From Azolla caroliniana (Eukaryota; Plantae; Polypodiophyta): a stretch of DNA of 64,000 nt. This document shows, piece after piece, positions 41,401-49,798 of the stretch; within the stretch, counting starts at the first letter, position 1, and each line of letters opens with the position of its first letter. The DNA lies in NCBI GenBank assembly GCA_043228905.1, contig JBHGNT010000145.1, positions 2,664 through 66,663 of the forward strand, in the 5' to 3' direction. Made by a program: the position numbers and the translations under genes. The notes below the pieces were generated by a model that was not told the origin of the DNA, made no database searches, and saw only the letters and a list, made by a program, of their open reading frames with translations.

Positions 41401-44400
41401 CTCTCGACCTGAGTTTCATAATCTTGATTTTTTAATTCCATATCATAGCTAGCGTTGTTAGCTTCGATTCGCATGTTTGAACACAAAAATCCGATATCAC
41501 ACGAGCCAGGTATGAACATTTTAATTTACTCAAGGGCTCCTCTCAACTCACTCCTCAAATTTGCTAATTTCGTCATTTCTCTCGACCTGAGTTTCAAAAT
41601 CTTGATTTTTTAACTCCATATCATAGCTAGCGTTGTTAGCTTCGATTCGCATGTTTGAACACAAAAATCCGATATCACACTCGCCAGGTATGAACATTTT
41701 AATTTACTCAAGGCCTCCTCTGAACTCCCTCCTCATGGTTGCTAATTTCGTCGTGTCTCTGGACCTGAGTTTCATAATCTTGATTTTTTAATTCCATTTC
41801 ATAGCTAGCGTTGTTAGCTTCGATTCGCATGTTTGAACACAAAAATCCAATATCACACGAGACAGATATGAACATTTTAATTTACCTACTAGCTCTTCCC
41901 AACTCACTCCTCAAATTTGGTAATTTCGTCCTGTCTCTCGACCTAGGTTTCAAAATCTTGATTTTTTAACTCCATATCATAGCTAGCGTTTTTAATTTCG
42001 ATTCACATGTTTGACCACAGAAATCCGATATCACACGAGCCAGGTATGAACATTTTAATTTACTCAAGGCCTCCTCTAAAGTCCCTCCTCATGGTTGCTA
42101 ATTTCGCCATGTCTCTCGACCTGAGTTTCAAAATCTTGATTTTTTAAATCCATATCATAGCTAGCGTTGTTAGCTTCGATTCGCATGTTTGAACACAAAA
42201 ATCCAATATCACACGAGCCAGATATGAACATTTTAATTTACCTACTAGCTCTCCCCAACTCAGTCCTGAAATTTGGTAATTTCGTCATGTCTCTCGACCT
42301 GAGTTTCAAAATCTTGATTTTTTAATTCCATATCATAGCTAGCGTTGCTATCTTCGATTCGCATGTTTGAACACAAAAATCCATTATCACACGAGCTAGG
42401 TATGAACATTTTAATTTACTCAAGGCCTCCTCTGAACTCCCTCCTTATGTTTGCTAATTTCGTCATGTCTCTCGACCTGAGTTTCAAAATCTTGATTTTT
42501 TAATTCCATATTATCGATAGCGTTGTTAGCTTCGATTCGCATGTTTGAACACAAAAATCCAATATCACACTCGCTAGGTATGAACATTTTAATTTACTCA
42601 AGGGCTCCTCTCAACTCACTCCTCAAATTTGGTAATTTCGTCATTTCTCTCGACCTGAGTTTCAAAATCCGATATCACACTCGCCAGGTATGAACATTTT
42701 AATTTACTCAAGGCCTCCTTTGAACTCTCTCCTCATGGTTGCTAATTTCGTCGTGTCTCTCGACCTGAGTTTCAAAATCTTGATTTTTTAATTCCATATT
42801 ATCGATAGCGTTGTTAGCTTCGATTTGCATGTTTGAACACAAAAATCCGATATCACACGAGCCAGGTATGAACATTTTAATTTACTCAAGGCCTCCTCTA
42901 AAGTCCCTCCTCATGTTTGCAAATTTCGTCATGTCTCTCTACTTGAGTTTCAAAATCATGATTTTTTAATTCCATATCATAGCTAGCGTTGTTAGGTTCG
43001 ATTCGCATGATTGAACACAAAAATCCGATATCACACGAGCCAGATATGAACATTTTAATTTACCTACTAGCTCTTCCCAACTCACTCCTGAAATTTGGTA
43101 ATTTCGTCATGTCTCTCGACCTGAGTTTCAAAATCTTGATTTTTTATTTCCATATCATAGCTAGCGTTGCTATCTTCGATTCGCATGTTTGAACACAAAA
43201 ATCCAATATCACACGAGCTAGGTATGAACATTTTAATTTACTCAAGGCCTCCTCTGAACTCCCTCCTTATGTTTGCTAATTTCGTCATGTCTCTCGACCT
43301 GAGTTTCAAAATCTTGATTTTTTAATTCCATATTATCGATAGCGTTGTTAGCTTCGATTCACATGTTTGAACACAAAAATCCGATATCACACTCGCTAGG
43401 TATGAACATTTTAATTTACTCAAGGGCTCCTCTCAACTCACTCCTCAAATTTGGTAATTTTGTCATTTCTCTCGACCTAAGTTTCAAAATCTTGATTTTT
43501 TAACTCCATATCATAGCTAGCGTTGTTAGCTTCGATTCGCATGTTTGAACACAAAAATCCGATATCACACTCGCCAGGTATGAACATTTTAATTTACTCA
43601 AGGCCTCCTCTGAACTCCCTCCTCATGGTTGCTAATTTCGTCGTGTCTCTCGACCTGAGTTTCATAATCTTGATTTTTTAATTCCATTTCATAGCTAGCG
43701 TTGTTAGCTTCGATTCGCATGTTTGAACACAAAAATCCGATATCACACGAGCCAGGTATGAACATTTTAATTTACTCAAGGGCTCCTCTCAACTCACTCC
43801 TCAAATTTGCTAATTTCGTCATTTCTCTCGACCTGAGTTTCAAAATCTTGATTTTTTAACTCCATATCATAGCTAGCGTTGTTAGCTTCGATTCGCATGT
43901 TTGAACACAAAAATCCGATATCACACTCGCCAGGTATGAACATTTTAATTTACTCAAGGCCTCCTCTGAACTCCCTCCTCATGGTTGCTAATTTCGTCGT
44001 GTCTCTAGACCTGAGTTTCATAATCTTGATTTTTTAATTCCATTTCATAGCTAGCGTTGTTAGCTTCGATTCGCATGTTTGAACACAAAAATCCGATATC
44101 ACACGAGCCAGGTATGAACATTTTAATTTACTCAAGGCCTCCTCTGAACTCCCTCCTCATGTTTGCTAATTTCGTCATGTCTCTCGACGTGAGTTTCAAA
44201 ATCTTGATTTTTTAATTCCATATTATCGATAGCGTTGTTAGCTTCGATTTGCATGTTTGAACACAAAAATCCGATATCACACGAGCCAGGTATGAACTAT
44301 TTAATTTACTCAAGGCCTCCTTTGAACTCCCTCCTCATGTTTGCTAATTTCGTCATGTCTCTCGACCTGAGTTTCAAAATCTTGATTTTTTAATTCCATA

Positions 44401-47400
44401 TCATAGCTAGCGTTGTTAGCTTCGATTCGCATGTTTGAACACAAAAATCCGATATCACACGAGCCAGGTATGAACTATTTAATTTACTCAAGGCCTCCTT
44501 TGAACTCCCTCCTCATGTTTGCTAATTTCGTCATGTCTCTCGACCTGAGTTTCAAAATCTTGATTTTTTAATTCCATATCATAGCTAGCGTTGTTAGCTT
44601 CGATTCGCATGTTTGAACACAAAAATCCGATATAACACGAGCCAGGTATGAACTATTTAATTTACTCAAGGCCTCCTTTGAACTCCCTCCTCATGTTTGC
44701 TAATTTTGTCATGTCTCTCGACCTGAGTTTCAAAATCTTGATTTTTTAACTCCATATCATAGCTAGCGTTGTTAGCTTCGATTCCCATGTTTGAACACAA
44801 AAATCTGATATCACACTCGCTAGGTATGAACATTTTAATTTACTCAAGGCCTCCTCTGAACTCCCTCCTCATGTTTGCTAATTTCGTCGTGTCTCTCGAC
44901 CTGAGTTTCAAAATCTTGATTTTTTAATTCCATATCATACCTAGCATTGTTAGCTTCAATTCGCATGTTTGAACACAAAAATCCGATATCACACGAGCCA
45001 GGTATGAACATTTTAATTTACTCAAGGCCTCCTTTGAACTCCCTCCTCATGTTTGCTAATTTCGTCATGTCTCTCGACCTGAGTTTCAAAATCTTGATTT
45101 TTTAATTCCATATTATCGATAGCGTTGTTAGCTTCGATTCGCATGTTTGAACACAAAAATCCGATATCACACTCGCTAGGTATGAACATTTTAATTTACT
45201 CAAGGGCTCCTCTCAACTCACTCCTCAAATTTGCTAATTTCGTCATATCTCTGGACCTGAGTTTCAAAATCTTGATTTTTTAAATCCATATCATAGCTAG
45301 CGTTGTTAGCTTCGATTCGCATGTTTGAACACAAAAATGCAATATCACACGAGCCAGATATGAACATTTTAATTTACCTACTAGCTCTTCCCAACTCACT
45401 CCTCAAATTTGGTAATTTCGTCATGTCTCTCGACTTGAGTTTCAAAATCATGATTTTTTAATTCCATATCATAGCTAGCGTTGTTAGCTTCGATTCGCAT
45501 GTTTGAACACAAAAATCCGATATCAGACGAGACAGATATGAACATTTTAATTTACCTACTAGCTCTTCCCAACTCACTCCTCAAATTTGGTAATTTCGTC
45601 CTGTCTCTCGACCTAGGTTTCAAAATCTTGATTTTTTAACTCCATATCATAGCTAGCGTTTTTAATTTCGATTCACATGTTTGAACACAGAAATCCGATA
45701 TCACACTCGCCAGGTATGAACATTTTAATTTACTCAAGGCCTCCTCTGAACTCCCTCCTCATGTTTGCAAATTTCGTCATGTCTCTCTACTTGAGTTTCA
45801 AAATCATGATTTTTTAATTCCATATTATAGCTAGCGTTGTTAGCTTCGATTCGCATGTTTGAACACAAAAATCCGATATCACACGAGCCAGATATGAACA
45901 TTTTAATTTACTCAAGGGCTCCTCTCAACTCACTCCTCAAATTTGGTAATTTCGTCATTTCTCTCGACCTGAGTTTCAAAATCTTGATTTTTTAACTCCA
46001 TATCATAGCTAGCGTTGTTAGCTTCGATTCGCATGTTTGAACACAAAAATCCGATATCACACTCGCCAGGTATGAACATTTTAATTTACTCAAGGCCTCC
46101 TCTGAACTCCCTCCGCATGGTTGCTAATTTCGTCGTGTCTCTCGACCTGAGTTTCATAATCTTGATTTTTTAATTCCATTTCATAGCTAGCGTTGTTAGC
46201 TTCGATTCGCATGTTTGAACACAAAAATCCGATATCACACGAGCCAGATATGAACATTTTAATTTACCTACTAGCTCTTCCCAACTCAGTCCTGAAATTT
46301 GGTAATTTCGTCATGTCTCTCGACCTGAGTTTCAAAATCTTGATTTTTTAATTCCATATCATAGCTAGCGTTGCTATCTTCGATTCGCATGTTTGAACAC
46401 AAAAATCCAATATCACACGAGCTAGGTATGAACATTTTAATTTACTCAAGGCCTCCTCTGAACTCCCTCCTTATGTTTGCTAATTTCGTCATGTCTCTCG
46501 ACCTGAGTTTCAAAATCTTGATTTTTTAATTCCATATTATCGATTGCGTTGTTAGCTTCGATTCGCATGTTTGAACACAAAAATCCGATATCACACTCGC
46601 TAGGTATGAACATTTTAATTTACTCAAGGGCTCCTCTCAACTCACTCCTCAAATTTGGTAATTTCGTCATTTCTCTCGATCTGAGTTTCAAAATCTTGAT
46701 TTTTTAATTCCATATCATAGCTAGCGTTGTTAGCTTCGATTCGCATGTTGGAACACAAAAATCCGATATCACACTCGCTAGGTATGAACATTTTAATTTA
46801 CTCAAGGCCTCCTGTGAACTCCCTCCTCATGTTTGCTAATGTCGTCATGTCTCTCGACTTGAGTTTCAAAATCTTGATTTTTTAATTTCATATCATAGCT
46901 AGCGTTGTTAACTTCGATTCGTATGTTTGTACACAAAAATCCGATATCACACTCGCTAGGTATGAACATTTTAATTTACTCAAGGGCTCCTCTCAACTCA
47001 CTCCTCAAATTTGCTAATTTCGTCATTTCTCTCGACCTGAGTTTCAAAATCTTGATTTTTTAACTCCATATCATAGCTAGTGTTGTTAGCTTCGATTCCC
47101 ATGTTTGAACACAAAAATCCGATATCACACTCGCTAGGTATGAACATTTTAATTTACTCAAGACCTCCTCTGAACTCCCTCCTCATGTTTGCTAATTTCG
47201 TCCCTGAGTTTCAAAATCTTGATTTTTTAATTCCATATCATACCTAGCGTTGTTAGCTTCGATTCGCCTGTTTGAACACAAAAATCCGATATCACACGAG
47301 CCAGGTATGAACATTTTAATTTACTCAAGGCCTCCTTTGAACTCCCTCCTCATGTTTGCTAATTTCGTCATGTCTCTCGACCTGAGTTTCAAAATCTTGA

Positions 47401-48036
47401 TTTTTTAATTCCATATTATCGATAGCGTTGTTAGCTTCGATTCGCATGTTTGAACACAAAAATCCGATATCACACACGCTAGGTATGAACATTTTAATTT
47501 ACTCAAGGGCTCCTGTGAACTCCCTCCTCATGTTTGCTAATTTCGTCATGTCTCTCGACCTGAGTTTCAAAATTTTGATTTTTTAACTCCATATCATAGC
47601 TAACGTTGTTAGCTTCGATTCGCATGTTTGAATACAAAAATCCGATATCACACTCGCTAGGTATGAACACTTTAATTTACTCAAGACCTCCTCTCAACTC
47701 CCTCCTCATGTTTGCTAATTGCGTTCCTGAGTTTCAAAATCTTGATTTTTTAATTCCATATCATAGCTAGGGTTGTTAGCTTCGATTCGCATGTTTGAAC
47801 ACAAAAATCCGATATCACACGAGCTAGGTATGAACATTTTAATTTACTCAAGGCCTCTTGTGAACTCCCTCCTCATGTTTGCTAATTTGGTCATGTCTCT
47901 CGACTTGAGTTTAAAAATCTTGATTTTTTTAATTCCATATCATACCTAGCGTTGTTAGCTTCAATTCGCATGTTTGTACACAAAAATCCGATATCACACT
48001 CGCTAGGTATGAACATTTTAATTTACTCAAGGGCTC

Positions 48037-48041
48037 CTCTC
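48037..48041 (+). other. Target-site duplication CTCTC (left copy; right copy at 53829-53833)
   Basis: Empty paralogous sites read GGGCTC-CTCTC-AACTCAC (58411-58428, 59825-59842). The filled site reads GGGCTC-CTCTC-[element]-CTCTC-AACTCAC. Confidence 0.95.
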
Positions 48042-48112
48042 TGTCATAACTAGACTCGAACCCATAACCTTTTGTTACACGGGTCGAGACTTTACCATTA
48101 GGTTATGAGTTG
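48042..48112 (-). other. Degenerate tRNA-like segment (Pol III A-box/B-box-like) at the U3 edge of the 5' LTR
   Basis: The minus strand reads TAACCTAATGGTAAAGT...AGGTTATGGGTTCGAGTCTAGTTATGACA. It has an A-box-like motif (48095-48105) and a B-box-like GGTTCGAGTCT (48052-48062) at tRNA spacing. Acceptor and anticodon stems do not pair, so it is not a functional tRNA. Confidence 0.55.
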
Positions 48113-48164
48113 TAATTTGAAGGATATTATTTTCATTTAGGTTTTATTAGGAAATTGATGTATA

Positions 48165-48212
48165 TTCCAGATTTCTCTGGAACATTCTAGAAACTTCAGG
48201 AGTATTCCTGAA
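48165..48212. promoter_or_regulatory. Heat-shock element (alternating nGAAn/nTTCn array) in U3; second copy at 53459-53506
   Basis: TTCcaGATttCTCtgGAAcaTTCtaGAAacTTCagGAGtaTTCctGAA gives ten in-phase pentamer units. Seven are perfect, including four consecutive perfect units. Confidence 0.8.
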
Positions 48213-48217
48213 GACAC

Positions 48218-48224
48218 TATAAAA
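48218..48224 (+). promoter_or_regulatory. TATA box of the LTR promoter (3' LTR copy at 53512-53518)
   Basis: TATAAAA lies directly downstream of the HSE array and about 30 nt upstream of the predicted transcript 5' end. Confidence 0.75.
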
Positions 48225-48331
48225 GGAGGCGCAAGGCATTAGTTCGAACCAAATCGGTTCAACGCCAGTCTTAAGCCTTCTAACTACTGTTGTATATCTT
48301 CCGTCATATAATACATATATCTTTCGCATCA

Positions 48332-48336
<5 letters not shown>

Positions 48337-48370
<34 letters not shown>
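48337..48370. repeat. (CT)17 microsatellite in the 5' LTR
   Basis: Counted directly. Confidence 0.95.
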
Positions 48371-48374
<4 letters not shown>

Positions 48375-48401
48375 CCTTCTCTCAAAGTTCGACACCTCTC
48401 A

Positions 48402-48480
48402 TAGTACTAATCCTTCTCTGTCTTAGTACTATTCCCCAACAATAGTACTAATCCTTCTTTTAGTACTAATTCCTTCTCTG
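48402..48480. repeat. Four short tandem subrepeats, each containing the palindrome TAGTACTA, near the LTR 3' end (same in the 3' LTR)
   Basis: TAGTACTA at 48402, 48424, 48443 and 48461, each followed by a variant of ATCCTTCT. Confidence 0.9.
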
Positions 48481-48502
48481 CCTGAATAGAGTTCCTGACA
48501 GT

Positions 48503-48514
48503 TTGAACCGATTT
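48503..48514 (+). promoter_or_regulatory. Primer-binding site of self-priming type
   Basis: There is no TGG after the LTR. TTGAACCGATTT is the exact reverse complement of AAATCGGTTCAA at 48251-48262, which lies 33 nt after the TATA start. Confidence 0.85.
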
Positions 48515-48589
48515 TCTCCTACTAGTCTCCCTCTTCCTTCTGTCTCTCTCCTTTCCTACTAGTCTCTTATTTCCCTTTTCCTTCATCCC

Positions 48590-49759
48590 ATGGCCACCGT
48601 TAGCGCTGAAGAGTATCAATCCGTTTTCTCGGAATTTCAATGCTTGAAAGAGAAGTTTCATGCTTTGGAACAAGAAAATCAACGCTTGTTGGGGGATCTT
48701 CAGCAAATTTCCTTAGAAAAGCAGCAAACGCAACAACAGCATGGGGAACTTGCGTTACGCGTGCAACAACTCGAAGCAACCATCGTAGCAATGCAACAAC
48801 AAGGGCACGGAGCACAAGGGATTCATAAAGAACCCAAGATTGGCCTTCCCACGAAGTTCGATGGAACGCGATCGCAGTTTAGAGGGTTTCTTAACCAGGT
48901 ACGGTTAGTTATTCAAATGCATCCATCCCGATATCCCACCGATGCATCACGAGTGGGTTTAGTAGGCACGTTGTTAAATGGCTCAGCATTAGCATGGTTC
49001 GCTCCGCTACTAGAAAAGGAATCTCCAGTACTAAATAATTTTGAAGAATTCATAAGTGAGTTTAAAGCATGTTTTGGAGATACTGACAGCATAAGGACTG
49101 CAATCAACAAAATCCGGCGATTACGCCAAGGTGACCGTCCAGCCTCCGCATATGCTGCAGATTTCCGCCTACTCGCCGCCGATATCCCCTGGGATGATCA
49201 AGCATTGATGGAGCAGTTCCGCTATGGTCTACGCAACGATGTCAAGGATTTACTCTTGACTTTCCCTGAAGAGCCAAAATCATTAACAGAAGCAATCAGT
49301 CGAGCGGTCAGATGTGACAACCGCCTCTTCGAGCGACGTTCGGAACGACAATTTCAGATGCCGAGGGCAAGATCCGAGCCTACCTATGCCTCAATGGTAG
49401 CGAAACCTTTTCAAAGGGAGTCACATAATGCGCCTCCAGTAAGTACTCCAACTCCAATGGAAATTGACACTACACGTCGTCGTGGGCCGCTATCGGAGGA
49501 GGAAAAGCAACGACGCCGAACAAACCGATTATGCCTTTATTGCGGTGGACCAGGGCATATCGCGATAAACTGTCCCCATAGACCAAGAAGGCAGGTAAAC
49601 CAAGTCATTGTTAGTTCTGACTATACTAAACCCGAGTCTATGTCAGTAGGAATCTCTGATAATCCTCATAGTCATAATAGTCCTAATAGTACTAATAGTC
49701 CGAATCTCGCAAACAAATTTGATGTCCTTAGCCAATTAGAAGAAGAGTTAAACGACTAA
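48590..49759 (+). CDS. gag: Gag (N-terminal coiled coil, Ty3/sushi/PEG10-like capsid, CCHC zinc knuckle), 389 aa
   Basis: Capsid-type motifs PTKFDGTRSQFRGFL, LLNGSALAWF and LRQG...AYAADF, plus PTPMEID. Zinc knuckle CLYCGGPGHIAINC (CX2CX4HX4C) at 49532-49573. Confidence 0.95.
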   Translation: MATVSAEEYQSVFSEFQCLKEKFHALEQENQRLLGDLQQISLEKQQTQQQHGELALRVQQLEATIVAMQQQGHGAQGIHKEPKIGLPTKFDGTRSQFRGFLNQVRLVIQMHPSRYPTDASRVGLVGTLLNGSALAWFAPLLEKESPVLNNFEEFISEFKACFGDTDSIRTAINKIRRLRQGDRPASAYAADFRLLAADIPWDDQALMEQFRYGLRNDVKDLLLTFPEEPKSLTEAISRAVRCDNRLFERRSERQFQMPRARSEPTYASMVAKPFQRESHNAPPVSTPTPMEIDTTRRRGPLSEEEKQRRRTNRLCLYCGGPGHIAINCPHRPRRQVNQVIVSSDYTKPESMSVGISDNPHSHNSPNSTNSPNLANKFDVLSQLEEELND

Positions 49760-49798
49760 GTCCAGCCAAAATAGGAGCCGTTTGGTTGGACAGCCCTA
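49747..49798 (+). promoter_or_regulatory. -1 programmed ribosomal frameshift signal (slippery heptamer plus stem/pseudoknot)
   Basis: G TTA AAC (49747-49753) is in the gag frame. After a 6-nt spacer comes an 11-bp stem GTCCAGCCAAA (49760-49770) / TTTGGTTGGAC (49781-49791) with one G-U pair. Loop TAGG can pair with CCTA (49795-49798). Confidence 0.85.

Larger units (their letters stand above)
1..48041. repeat. Tandem satellite array, 178-bp monomer, left of the retrotransposon (putative centromeric/pericentromeric satellite); runs off the window start
   Basis: AATTTCGTCA recurs at 11, 189, 367 and onward (period 178). Monomers are uninterrupted and head-to-tail, with consensus approximately CATGTTTGCTAATTTCGTCATGTCTCTCGACCTGAGTTTCAAAATCTTGATTTTTTAATTCCATATCATAGCTAGCGTTGTTAGCTTCGATTCGCATGTTTGAACACAAAAATCCGATATCACACGAGCCAGGTATGAACATTTTAATTTACTCAAGGCCTCCTTTGAACTCCCTCCT. 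The centromeric role is inferred from monomer size and higher-order structure only. Confidence 0.98.
48042..48500 (+). repeat. 5' LTR (459 bp)
   Basis: Starts TGTCATAAC and ends GTTCCTGACA. By eye it is identical to the 3' LTR except G48074 vs C53368 and the CT-tract region. Confidence 0.97.

Noticed and set aside
33187-43192. Short ORFs in the satellite (33187-33447, 38796-38999, 42989-43192; also 60419-60601 and 61958-62158)
   Set aside because: These are chance read-throughs of satellite monomers caused by a deletion or stop-removing substitutions, with no protein-like features.
1-48041. Identity with Arabidopsis CEN178/CEN180
   Set aside because: The monomer length is the same, but the sequence does not resemble the CEN178 consensus as I recall it. 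Length convergence is common.
1-48041. CRISPR-like array
   Set aside because: There are no unique spacers; the whole 178-bp unit repeats, and no cas genes are present.
48042-48112. Functional tRNA gene (nominal anticodon GTG)
   Set aside because: Acceptor and anticodon stems do not pair and the T stem is imperfect. It is kept only as a tRNA-like promoter remnant.
48501-48508. GTTTGAAC after the 5' LTR is identical to 8 nt of the satellite monomer (priming by satellite RNA?)
   Set aside because: The match is only 8 nt and is better explained by the 12-nt self-complementarity to the LTR; probably coincidental.
48147-48706. Minus-strand ORFs across the LTR and leader (ERERER..., also 53441-53629)
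   Set aside because: They are translations of the CT microsatellite and pyrimidine-rich leader, and they differ between the two LTRs.
49786-49788. Independent pol start codon
   Set aside because: The codon is TTG inside the frameshift stem, and the frame is open upstream through the slippery site.
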